Source: Balanoglossus misakiensis
Taxonomy: Eukaryota; Animalia; Hemichordata
DNA length: 64,000 nt
Assembly: GCA_040954595.2 (NCBI GenBank)
Contig: CM082591.2
Coordinates: 1,835,745 to 1,899,744, forward strand
Direction of reading: 5' to 3'
In this document: positions 45,601 to 58,500 of the stretch, piece by piece
Numbering within the stretch: position 1 is the stretch's first letter
How the letters are laid out: every line of letters starts with the position of its first letter
Translations under genes and position numbers: made by a program
The notes under the pieces: model-generated
Seen by the model: only the letters and a program-made list of their open reading frames with translations
Told to the model about the DNA's origin: nothing
The model's database searches: none

Positions 45601-48600
45601 GACACGGGCATCAATCGAATTCACTAGGGTCCCGGAACAGCACATTGGGTGGGTGAGCATTGAAAGACGAACACAGCGCGCGCACCAAACACACGACCCC
45701 GCGGAGATGATGAGCGCGCGGGGCCGAAGACTGGAGATACTCCATCTCAATCATCGTACAATCGACGCCGTTGGTCCGGTCGTATACTCGTCGCTCCTGC
45801 CTTTTGAACCGACGCTACTTGCTTTGTTTCTTTTAAACAACGAAATGGCTGAGGAAGACAGTAAAAGCCACAGGCAGTGACCTTGATCGGTGAAAAAAAC
45901 GCTCTTTGTTGCAACGAAAGCACAGATGGAGAGCAGTGCCGCTGGAATATAGCTGTTAATTTAGTGTCATTTAACGAATCAGAACTTCGAGCTCCTTGTT
46001 GGAATAAAACAACAGTGAATTACCGCAAATATGTTCGTTTTAAATAGAAAAACATCAGCCAATAGCAAGGAGTTTCGTATATTGGTCTGGTTTGCTTTCA
46101 AACAATGAAGGGTAATTTCACAAGTGCCCGTGAAGGACCTGGGCAGAGAAGCTAGGGGTTATATATGCGCCTCGTCTTGGCCACACGCTATGACAGGCAG
46201 GGGTTCTGCAGGAAAGCACGGCGTGTTCGGGTTAGCTAAAGTTTCAGAGTAACCTCCTCAGTAAAATGGAACTTTGTGAACCCCCAAAACACAAGTAGCT
46301 TCTGCGGACCTATCCCTGGATCCGTGAATAGCCGCCCGCCCACCAATACAAACAACGTTTTTTTGTATCTCCGTTTAGCTGTACAACTCCTGTTAAAGGT
46401 TTGTCAATACAAACCCCATAAGACTATGTTGTACTATGCAAAGTGCCATTGCTGGTCGCGGAGATCTTGTACGCGGTTTAGGAATAATACAACTGCATGT
46501 GTGGTTGGTTGACCGCATTGGTCTCTACCACAGCATACTACTGTATTTGGTAGTATAGTCGAAAGCGCGTGTGTACCAACCGCGAGTCGAGACTTTCAAT
46601 TTTTGCTGTCGGGTTTTTCTTAGGTCCGAGTCCCTGCGTGTTAGGTGAAACGCGGGGCCGAGTTTGTTAATAAAGTAGAACGGCTTGATACGGTTCAGTT
46701 ATCGCTCAATTATTGGGCTCTAGCTGGGTCTCTCCTCCTCTCCCTCCCTCTCTCTAACTTCTGTCTTCTGTTGACCGTTCTGTCTGACTGTCTGTGTCAG
46801 TCTCCCTGTCACATACACACGCGTAGCACAGTAGCAGAGCTGAGCAGTAATCGCCACGGATGGGACATTATACGTGTTAAATTCCGATTTAATTAATTTG
46901 TTCCATTGTAATACGATTACAAGCACTGCAGGTCGCGATTCAACAGTGTGCAATTACTCTCTCGTGCGCAAAAAGCGATGTTGCAAGGTTTGGAAGGGCG
47001 TTCTCGACATGAATACGCGTACGTGCATTACACAGATAGGACAATGAATCAAAGTGCATCAGTGGAAGAAGAAGGCAACTATTGTTGCAGATAGATTGAC
47101 AGACACTGACGCGCATAACAGCAGGGGACCCTGACAGAATTGGGAAGCGACAGATTTTCCAAAGAAATGGCAAAAAAATTATGGTATTCAAATAAAATCG
47201 GGGTATAAACTTATACGCATGTAGGTACAGCGTAAAAGAGGGCAATGTTCTGCAAAATTTCGATTAAATAGAACAAGAAAGTGATTCCTTGTATCTGTCA
47301 GAAAAATGAGAATATTTTCTTTATTTAGTAGAGATGTAACGGTGATATTTGATTGCTGTTTAAACTTCTAAACACAGCTGTGACCCCCCCCTCTCTCTCC
47401 CTACGATGCCGTGCGCTACGTTGATAAGGCTTAATAAGCTAATCCATGCATGAGGTTAATTGTATCCCAGCTCCACTCACAATACGGCAAGACGATTACT
47501 CTGTTATTAATGTATATATCGTTATTGGGGAATAATACACGCACCAAATGGGATGCGCCATATTGCGCGTAGAAATAACAAAAATTGGTATTCATGCTCG
47601 TTCGAGTAATTGATAAACCGCGCTGGATCTCGGTTTCTACGCGGCCTGACCCCGGTGCGACAAATATTTCCAAAATACCATTATCATTTTGCTATAGTTA
47701 GCTGTAAATATATTTTTCGGTACTGACGCGGTTGCACTTTATTCTGTGCAGTATGCAGAATGTTTATTTCTGTTTCGCCATATTTTGACCAGACGAGCAT
47801 ATTTGAAAAGATGGGAAAAATAAATTAAATAATTCAGGGTTTTATCTTATTTTTTCTGCCTGTGAACAGGGCGTTTATCGAATTATGATCACACATGTGA
47901 ATTTTTATTATGATTGTGGATTTCTTTTTCGATGCATGGGGTGGTTGTTATCAAGATCGGTAAACTGCGTGGGGTGAACTATCTCTGCATCGATCGATGG
48001 CCACAATGAAATAACATTAGTCGAGCGAGTCACAGCTAACCGATATCTAGAAAGTCTCGAGAACTGTCCAATTTCTGGTTATAAAAAGTAGATTGCGATC
48101 GCTAAAGAAATTCGGAACTTCAAAGTTTTGGTTCAACCCAGCCCTTCACTTTGAGGCTATGAAGTTGCTCTTTGATCAAGAACGTTTTGCTTCGTGATAT
48201 ATTTTCGGATATTTTTTTCTAGAATTAAAATAATCGCTGCTCACGCTAGATAGAAAAGATGGTGAAACGATTTGCACCAGTCAAGAACACGAATAATTCG
48301 GAAAAGATAAACAAAGTTCGGTTAGTCTGCGGTGAACCAATTCAATTTATGTCGGCTGATCAGACTGGAAACTGAGCGTTCCTAAAACTGCGCCCTCATA
48401 CGCTCTGTTTATGTCCTGTACTGTGCTGCATGCGTGTCCGATAGCATCGCTTCGCTCGCGAATACGGTCCACCTATCAAACGCTTCAAAGCACAGTAAGC
48501 GAATTTGAAAAGACGAAAACAGTATATTTTGTCGCAAAACCCAATAAAAACAGACGATTGGGATAAATACACGCTCTTACAAACAAGAGCATTTAACTTT

Positions 48601-49803
48601 TGTGGCGCGACGCAAGTACCAAGAGAAACAAACCGCCATTGAGAGAAGTATATTGACGGTGAAAAAGGAAAACTGGCGATAGAATGAGAAGTGAGAACGA
48701 TAAGTGAGAAAACAGAACCATACCTGGAAAGTAGGGACCTCTTGCGAGCGGTTGCAGCGGCGATTCATAAAACGGCCTTGGTAAGCTAGGAATTGGCTTT
48801 GGTGCATATGTACTGAAAGCGCTCGAACATGCTCCTGTAAAAACATGAAATTACAAAAATAAAAATGAAATAAAACGAATTTATTTACCGCCAGAAAATT
48901 GCAAATTGCAGACATGTAAAGATCTTTTCATTGCGAGTACGCAGTCCTCAGTTGCTGTGTGCAAACGGATTTGATCGAGAGACGGGTTGGTTGGGAAAAA
49001 TGGAAAAATAAAAAATGATCGAAAACTGAGAAGTAATTGTGAAACCAATGAAAATATTCCCCGTCAATGCATTGATACCATAAGCAATAAATCGTTTAAG
49101 AGCCCCTTAATTGTTATGAAGCGGGCGCCACCAAACAATTCAGAAGACCCCCGTTGAAACATCACCGGTAGCTGTCAACGGGAGTGTTTGTGGAAAGAAT
49201 TAACGGAAATCCGCAAAATGTTTATCTATAGTTGACAATTGGTGAAGACACACAGAACAGAGGGTTGTGTTTTGATTGGTGTTATACGCGCTGAAGTTCC
49301 CCATAAGTGACGCGCTCGGTTGATTTCATCGACGTCGTCAAACGCCTTGATTTGGCCATAATCAGACCAATGATTGCTATTTGTCGTATTCATACCACAG
49401 TCATAAAACCAAATGAAACTAAATGAAATTAACATCATTCAAAAGGAAACGAACATGGAAGGGTGGTCTTTGACTCACCTGTGGAAGTCGTGGCGGACGA
49501 GAGAATCGCGTTGACGCCGAATTTCAAATATGTTCCCGTTGTTTCTGCGGCCGTCGTGGACACGGCGGTTGAGGTGCAGGTTCGGCAGTCGGAGTTCATA
49601 CAAAGCGTAGGGACAGTGGTCGGTGACTGTGTCGACGTCGGCAGCGGTCTGCTTGCTATACAACAGTTGGGCGGTGGTGCGCTGTTCCTCAGCAAGTTCT
49701 CGACGTAGAACGAGGTGCTGGCTGAAGTCGGCGGGGCAGGGGCGGTGGGAGGCCGGAAAACATTTTGGTACACCGGCGACGGGGCCAGAACGTTGTGGAA
49801 CAT
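39641..49803 (-). CDS. Dbx: Dbx (developing brain homeobox) transcription factor, 4 exons, ~306 aa
   Basis: Exons (minus strand): 49803-49479, 48834-48724, 43098-42899, 39925-39641. Total 921 nt, GT-AG introns, phases consistent. Motifs: SFYVENLL, LKFGVNAILSS, PFYESPLQP..GPYFP, VIPVPGTYAWP..ARGKPRRGMLRRAVFSDAQRKGLEKKFQQQKYISKPDRRKLAAKLGLKDSQ|VKIWFQNRRMKWRNSKERELLSAGGSRESTLPNKSNPNPDLSDV, ending EEIKVL. Confidence 0.97.
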
Positions 49804-49989
49804 TATGAGCCGCTGATGCAGAAAATGTCAACGCACAGCTTGTTTCGGTCCTTGTGTTTCCTGTAACAAGCCTTGGACACAAATAATGCAGCGCTCGCTC
49901 TGCCGTGTGGGGAGCTTCACCCTCCACGTTTCTTCCAACTCATCCACCGTTAGTACTCTGAACGGGCCATCCACTGAAAGCAAGTGGTT

Positions 49990-50290
49990 CGTTCACTGTG
50001 TTTACCTTATCCCCGCGAAACTGCTTATTAACAGTATTGCGTTACAGGTGCTATTTCCACGTCACTTTGATTGACAGGTGAAAGTGGGCGGGCATTGGTC
50101 CGCTCAATTCAGCGGCGGTAGAGCTCAGCGATAGCTCGTCAAGCCGACTCGGAAATAAAGGCGGGCGTTAATTTCTCGTGGAACAAATTGGCTCTTGCCT
50201 CGATGTTTTTGTCCGCGAGAAAGGAGGACGCCCCCCTCCATGAGTTGGCCATTGGACTGGCTCTCCGATCTGCCGCAGAATGAACGCTCA
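49990..50290 (-). promoter_or_regulatory. Dbx proximal promoter region
   Basis: CTTTGAT (TCF-like, 50065-50071) overlaps TGATTGACAG (50068-50077). GGGCGG and ATTGG boxes lie at about 50086-50098. Confidence 0.5.
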
Positions 50291-52496
50291 TTAAATTGAT
50301 AATTTTAATAAAAGGCGAAAAGTTTCAACGTCAATGAATCGAGGAGTTCAAAACAAAACCAAAAGACCAAACAGAGGGGACCCAATGAATGGCAACGTAG
50401 GATATACATACGAGAGTTTGGAGAATGGAGGAAATCGTAAAATGAAAGCCATGAATTTCATTAAAAACTTCACTCTCCAAACATTATGATTATCCGTCCT
50501 TTCTCAGTCAAAAGACACAGGAAAAATTCAGTCGGCGTCTTTTACTTGCATTTTCACCGCGAAAAATCACAAGAAGATGCAATCTGCGCGCGCCAGAGCG
50601 CCGTGTCCGCGCGCGATATTATACGGCTCTTAACATACCCGACTCGCAATAGCACGGACAATAACAGAGTCGAATTGGTACTTAACAATGGACCCCAACT
50701 GTAAAACATTTTTATAGGGTAGCTCTTTCCACGTGATGTGTCGCTCACCGGATGCCACTGCCGCCGGCGACTCGGTTGTCCTTTCCAGGGGGAGGGGGGA
50801 GAGAGAGAGAGGGAGGGGGAGTTGGGGTGGGGAGAACGACTCACTGCGTCATCGTGAACAGAAGGTGACGCACCTTGGATTTTCACGTGCGAAGAAACAG
50901 TGGCTGTTTCTTTTGATGTTTTATTCGGTGTTCCTTTTTTGTGTGTATCAACGCTGCCAATGACATAATTTCGGATTGGGTGTCGTCATGGAATCGATAG
51001 TTTTCACGATTCCTTCTGACCGACCAAATTCAGCGCTCAGGTCAGACATGAAGATGGCCATAGCAGGTGCTACGCCCTCTTTATGCGCACCGCGCCTCTG
51101 TTGGCGAGCGCGGACTCGGACGCCAGGTTAGCGTTTGTTTCCCGCGCGGACACTTTCTCCGGCGATGGCGACGACGTGGGGATGAGGGTGACATCTGATC
51201 ATCAATCAGTCGTCTGCTCCTCTGTTTGTCACGTCAAGTGTTCGCCTCACCCCCTAAAGTGTATTAAGACACAGTGTTCAGTTTGTCCAGACAGCTTGTA
51301 TACGTGCATTGTGTACTGGGCATTCTCATTGTCGACAATAGCACCGGACAATGTCCGTACTTAAACCCATCGCAAACAACAATGCGCATTACATGTTGCT
51401 GACAAGCACGCTACTTAACGTTTCAACATGCTTAAGGGGGCAGAGCAAGAAAACAGATTTGATAAACAGAACAATGAAAGTGAGAAGAAAACAATCATAA
51501 AGGGATACAGCGACTGACCATCAAATATGGTCTTAGCATCGGAGGGAAAATCACTCTGTTTGCAATGACGATGATTGTTCATTGCCTTGTATAAATGTGA
51601 TAACGTTCAAACTTCATTACTAGTATCTGTGACAGAGAGAGAATGAGAATGAGACCGAATTCTTCTGTGTTCGTGTCCTGAAAAGTTTGTAACCACACAA
51701 AACAACACCAGAACTTCACACGAACGTCACTCAAAAACTTCAATAGAAATCGTATCGTTGTACCTACGCCGTTCTCTCAACTACATGTAGATAATGAGCG
51801 ATTCAAATAATCGAGTAATTAAAACGACCGAATTTCTTTTTAAGTAGATCTAAATGCCTTTTTTGCCAGCTTGATTTATGGAATGATCAGTGTAATAGCA
51901 CGATTTAACAACAAAGGCGTCTGTATAATTTTGGATTGGAAACGGTCATCTTGCGTGATATAAGTCAATCACAAATCATTGTGTTTGTATACAGACAAAA
52001 ATGTAGGGAGAAAATATAGGTGTGGTTTGACAGATAGATAGACAGATATATTTACTCCTAAACTTGTCCTAATGAGACAATAAAATTTTAAAACCCTGCG
52101 TCGGCTCTTTACATACGAAACCCAGCCTGACAATTAATCAAACAAATTGCATTTTTATTTGAAAGTCTAGGGTTTGGTTTTGATTGACATTGAAACATAA
52201 AACTTGATTTGTGATTATAATCATAGCCATAAAGATTTTATTCTGAAGAAGTCTTTATATGACCCGTTTCTATTTGACACTTTTCAACACAATAGAAGAG
52301 CTGTCACAGACTCCCGCGATATGCTGGGCATTATATACAGCAACAACTTTCAAATCTTGGACTCTAACGGGTGACTACCACCAAGAATGACTGGTAAATT
52401 TACAGCCTGTAATTCTTCGCAGTCGCTTTGCGGCACCTAGGCGTCACGTGAATGACCTGAACATGGTCTGTGAACTTCTGTGCATTTCCCCTTTTT

Positions 52497-52520
52497 TCGT
52501 CGTCGTCGTCGTCGTTGTCG

Positions 52521-52558
<38 letters not shown>
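52497..52558. repeat. Compound (GTC)n(ATC)n microsatellite
   Basis: Directly visible. It accounts for the poly-M/poly-T ORF. Confidence 0.95.
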
Positions 52559-52559
<1 letters not shown>

Positions 52560-55500
52560 AGTTTAAACTTGAAACATAAAAAACATTACATGTAGTTTGG
52601 AACTTCGTTTGTCGCTTGAAGGCTTCTGATTGGTGGGTTTCTTTATGCAAATTAGGCCTCATAACTTGAAAGCTTGGGTGACTATTAAACCGAGTTTTAG
52701 TAGGTACAATGGATATGTTAATTGTCAATTCATATATTGACCCACAGACGATGTTCACACACTTTCCTGGAAAACGATGTTTATAGTAGAGTTTTCAGTA
52801 TTGCCCCTTTCACAGTTTAATAATGCTATAACTTTTTGGAAATGGGTCCGTTTTTTAACAGGCAAATGGAAAAGTCCTTGAGTTTTGTAAACGCAGGCTT
52901 GTAAGGCACGCCCCTAAACACTTGGTTGTTGCTTGTAATGCACCCCACAAAATTGGTACTAGTATTTGTTGCACGCCGCAAATGTGGTACTTTGCGCTTG
53001 TAGGGTTAGTGATATTGGGTTCTTGCATTTTAGGGCTTCTGGGGCACGCGTTCATGGGAGTTGTATGTGTGTTTTTTTTCGGTTTCGATACGAGTTCCAC
53101 AGCGAAATGACACCCCTCTCCCGCACCGGACGACCCGTGCCTGTCGCTTTGTACAGGGTAGACGTAGCGTAATTAGTTGAGACCCTACGCAAAAAAATCC
53201 AATTGAAAGACGTTTCTGTGTTTTCTCATGAGAAAGCTCAGGCCACTCTGTGAAGCCTATTGTCTTGCGTCGGCGACCAGGCAACGCGACCAGCCAAAAG
53301 TCGCGATCAAGTGCGCATGCGCGTGAATCGTACCCCGCAAAAAGACCTATCATGTTGGCAGGGGCATTTACGAATAAACGAATTGTTCGTTTTGAGGCAT
53401 TTTTGACATTTTTCTCTTGAGGGATTGTTTGACCACCGTTCGATAACAATTTTGTGTCAAAATGGAAGATATTAGGCGTTTTTCTTCAGTTATAAACTAT
53501 AACTTTCGTCAGTGTTCCTGATGCCAGTGTGTCGTCTTGGGAAAGTGGTCACGTGACAACAATCAATCTTCAACCTGTCGCTTCGATCAGCCCGGCATAT
53601 GACCCTTAACTACCTGTGATCGTTGAGGACAAGTACCGCACGACAAACGTTTTCAGCTCGAAATTTCACGTCTGTCGGTCGGCGACGGCGGAAGTTGAAC
53701 AACGACCAGATGGGGTGATGCGTCACCACCCGAACGATTGGTTTAGTTTGCTTCAGTTACTCGCGAATGTTCTTGTTCCCGTCTTCTGCTTTTTCCCTTA
53801 AATTTTTTAGCTTGCAAAGTGCGTTTCCTCACGAGTTCAAAGGTTGCTCAGAAAGATTCGGAAATCTACCACCGGCATTTTATTTGACATGGCGCAGACG
53901 AACTCTGTCAAATCTCCCAACTCTCTTTACGTCTTTTCATTGAAATTTGAATAATGGTGTGTTACTTTCGTGCTCGATATTGTGTGGTGTTTCTTTGCAG
54001 TGTAGTTATTTTCCGTTTCTTTCAAAACTGTTCGTCGGCGGTTAGGCAGTCGTTGGCGGGAAACAGTCGGTTTGTGTCTCTCTTGTGTCGTCTGCTTCCG
54101 GTTTGACAACCACCATTGAGACTGGTGGCAGGTCTCCTATCGCAACAGCGATTTTATCGTGCAGCGGAAGGATAAAAACGTGTACGCCCTCGCAAAATAC
54201 AATGAAAGGCTCGAGTTTGATGACTTTCTGTGATATTTCTTGTTCTCCACTTCAGCTGGGATGAGGCTGTGAACTAGAGCGGTCGGGTGTTTGTAGTTAG
54301 TTTGTACTCGGTCGAGAAGTTCCACGGGATTGGTCTCCAGAGGGAAAAAATCAAGACAAGGGGAATTGGTAGCAATTTTGAGCGAGAGAGTGTGTCACAG
54401 GCAACGTGTAAACATACGCCTCATGCCAACCACACATCGATTTGTCTCCTTACAGTTATCATAACTATATAATCGGCTAAAATTTGCCATAAATTCTAAT
54501 GTATGCTTTTCGGACCCCCAGGGAAGCGTTCGGCAGAAAGCAAACGCGGCGTACTTTTGGGAAACCACACGGACGAACTATTCTCGTCGTCTACCTCATT
54601 ACACATATGACTGAGCTCTGGTCTTGCACCTGTCGATGCAGGACCATAGACAGCGTCTGGGTTCTTGGTTTCCCCCCGTCCCACAATCTTCCCCCTGTTC
54701 GCAAAAACCTTTCTGCTTGGCCGCTTTCCCAGGATAGAATTAAGTCCCCTATTTATCTGTGTGATTGCCACTTAATCACGCAACTGAGGACGTTGTTATG
54801 GGGTGGGCCCTTTCTGTAGACCAGAGTGGATAAATGAGCAATATGTGTATCGACCAAAGCCCCACTGGAGTTGCCATGTCGCCTCTTTTAAACGACGCGT
54901 AACATTCAGGATTATTACTGGGGGAAAATAATATAGTACCACATCTGTTTCGTTTTCATCTTTAGACAACAAGACTTTGGAGTGACCATGCATCACTTTC
55001 TTTTAAAATCAAAATCCTAGGAACGGCAGACTTTGTGAAACGTTTGAAATATTGAGATCGTTTAGGATAGGGTGTCGGTTTCATTTGCGCGAGCATGATT
55101 GGCGCAAATTGGCAATAATGCACGGAGAAAGGGGACAGATGAATACGGTAAGAACCGAAGCAAAAGAGGCTTTGGTTCTTGGAGGCGTGACTAGTGCAGA
55201 GAAGCGTAAAAAAGTGTTTCGAAAAAAAAAATTATAAAGATGACAGATCTGACAGCTGGCCACGTTTTTTTATTTTCTGGCTTTTGTTTCATCGGACTTC
55301 CATCTTTGCATAATTAGTCAAAAGAGCGATACTCGTGCTTAATTTCCTTGGAAACGAGCAGAAACCCCCCTAGCAACAAATTCGAACTCCCGGAGACAGA
55401 AAGTGACACGAGAAACAAAGTTATGTTGGCAGCAGTGGAACTATAGTTCTTAGTTTAACAGGTGCATTGGAGGGTCAGTGCAAGTGTTTGTCAGGTCTAA

Positions 55501-58500
55501 CTACACAACACACCACAAAGACGAGAAAGTCACCATCATTCATTCAATTCTGTTTCTGGTTTTTACTTTAATTTTGTTTCACAAGAAATCAAAAAAGACA
55601 ACGAGATTTAGCTGTCAGTTACTCTTGGTACATTTCAAGTCGACGCATCGCGAGAGCTCGTCATCTCTCCTTGTACGTGGTTTCTATGTCTTGCCGTTTC
55701 TCTGACAAGACTGTGAATCTTTCCCTTGAAAATTTTAAAATTCTGAAATTTGAAACCAACTTGTGCCGTTGTACACAAGGACTGTTGGTCACGTCTTTTC
55801 CCTCAAGTGGTCGATGATCACACGGCTCAGAGAAAGGCGACGCAGGAAGCGCGCGGAAGAAATGGACGCCAGGCCAAACATACGTCCCTTGTTTCCAACG
55901 CGAACCGGGCACGATTTAGCGCGCTCATATTGGGCGCAACAACACACGTCTAAGATGTACTCTCCACGTGCTAAGCCGGCAAACAGACAGACGGCCGGCA
56001 TGGCGAAAACACCGTATCGCCCCTGGGTTCCCATCTGAGCAGATTCAGCACGAACAACTCATCATCAGGGAACCCCGACGAGGAACACTTACACACCCCA
56101 CTCAGTCAATTATATCGCGCCAAACACGCAACTTGCCCGGCTTCCCTGATTTATAAGTCGACGAAAATATCATTTTTGATCAGTTTGGGCTTCAAACCAA
56201 CTCATACATTCTATATTTTGTCGACATGTTGGCCCCATCCCCCAGACCTGCACCTGCGTGCCAGCCTCAATTGTTTCATCCCATGAATAGATGGACTTTT
56301 ATGCATTTTATTTGTATATTTCACAAAAGAAAAACCCAGTTAGCATTACAATTTAGTCGGGGAAAATGTAATTACGTCTATTTAATGTTTTTAGGCAGAT
56401 GAAATCGCTCAAATGTGCCTTGCGTTTGGGCGAACATGCGGGCTTGAGAATTGTTATTTAGATTCTTGAAACACTGCATAGTGTAAAAATACCATGCCTA
56501 AGTCTTTGTCGGGACTTCTAGTTGTTATTTATATGTTTTAAAGACTTCATTTAGAAAAGGCAGCTGCTTTTTCTCATTTATTGGAAAGGAACAAAAACGC
56601 GGGGTACTGGCTGCAGCCGTTAGAGAATGATCAAGGAGAGGGATCAAAAAAGACTCAATCGTTCGTACAGCAGCTGCAGCGTCTAGCCGATAAAAGCCCC
56701 TATATGGGAGGATACGAGGGGTAAACGGACAGGAATATAACGTCGAGCCCCGTTTCATTCAAACTATAAAAGAGGACTACACGTGCGGCAACCAGTTATG
56801 CTTGCACGGGACAGCAACCGCCAGACTCCCAATCCTGACCAGGCATACATATGCAAAAGTGCTTCTAAAGTTCTCATAAGGCTAATTATACCCCGCGATT
56901 TTAACAGCAAACCGTGCCCTATGAAAAGTTATCACTACTTTCGGCACTTTTAGCCATGTACGGTGCGCGCGTTCGCTGAACAAACGCGAGTTTTGGAAAA
57001 AATCGCGAAATTTCGACGGCCGAAAAACGCGCGAAGACGGCTGAGTTAGCGTAAAGCGCTTTCCAACAAAGCAATGGAAAGGCCCCAAAAGCCCCCTTTT
57101 CAGAGTTTGTCTGGCATTTTCTAGGTATTAATATATATCGGGTAGTGACAGCCCAAGAAGCGCCGCGCCAAAACCTGTTTGTTGTTTGGATTATAGGGCA
57201 AAAGTTTGCACCGCGTCAAACTTTTTTCCAGCGCTCTTTTGCGCTCAAAGAGTGCGCAAACTCAGTTCAATTACCTATTATATGCACTGCGTCGTAAGAT
57301 AATAGAAAGCCTTTGTTAACCGTTGACTGAGTGGAACTACGTGGCATTGTGGCAAGTTGGACCCAGAGCCGTGTTATGGTCTCCATATAGACACTCACCA
57401 CTTTCTCCTTTGCCTTGTTGCGGGAAAAACCCCAACTTTTGCACGCGCAAAAAAATATAATTTCAAAAACATAATCCGGGAAGAGGAAAGCTAGACAAAG
57501 GCCCAGCGAGTGTTTAAAGTGGGTATTTGCAGCAATACCGACGGTAGTCAGACCAAAACGACCGCTGTCTGAGCCCTACCTGCCTGTGCACACGGACTCC
57601 ATTTAGTTCGATCTAACTATGTGAAAGTTCACTCTCGCTTCATAATTTACTGCTCAGTCAGTCGACAGATTTTTAGAGTGAAGAATAAAGAAGGGATTAC
57701 GAAGGAAAAGATTGCCGCTCTCCCCCAACCAAGACGGGGCATGCGAGCTGAGCAGAGCGACGACGGGCCCACTCAGAACCCCGAGATCACTTCTCGGGCA
57801 GTCCATTTCTGGTGTGAGCTATTACTGAGACGCATATTGTAAAAACCGTTAGATTGATTCCACGTACGACCCTTAATTACCACCCGTAATTATCAGAGTT
57901 TTTAACCCAATACGGTGCGTGACCCCAAACAATTTTTCTCAAAAGCGGAAAAATCTGGAAAAGGGGGGCTAGACGTCCTTTCTACGACCAATAATGTTTC
58001 AGCTCATAAGAGTCTTTTGGTCGGCGGCTATCGCTTCAGATTTCATATAAATCATAGCAGAAAAACAAAGAGATATTTTCGAATAAGATACACTTGCGGC
58101 CTCGGGGGATAATGGTCTCAAATTAACGGACACAAAACAATATATGCTGTGTCGTAATTGACGCACACATGTTTATTTCACGGTCCCAATTTGGTGGGTC
58201 CATACCCTCTCAACGTGGCGCAGAGCAGTTCCCAATAATTCATCTGAAAATGTAGACCGGATCATAGAGGCTGACAAAACCGGAACAAAAGGCTGTCCTC
58301 TGTTTTGTTATTACTCTGTCGTTATCTAGAACTCATGGCTGGGCAAAACAAATGTGAAAAATTTATTCCCCGGCTTAGCTCCCATCTGCCGCGAAAAAAC
58401 AACGATCTCGGTTCGCAAGTACGCCTCGTTGGGTCCTGTTTGGTGATTCGGCAGAGAGGGGCAGAGAGAAAAGGGGACGCGATCCAAGAAGACGTGAACT

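Noticed and set aside
45244-45880. 168-aa and 93-aa ORFs in Dbx intron 2
   Set aside because: No homology recognised, and the Dbx reading frame is complete without them.
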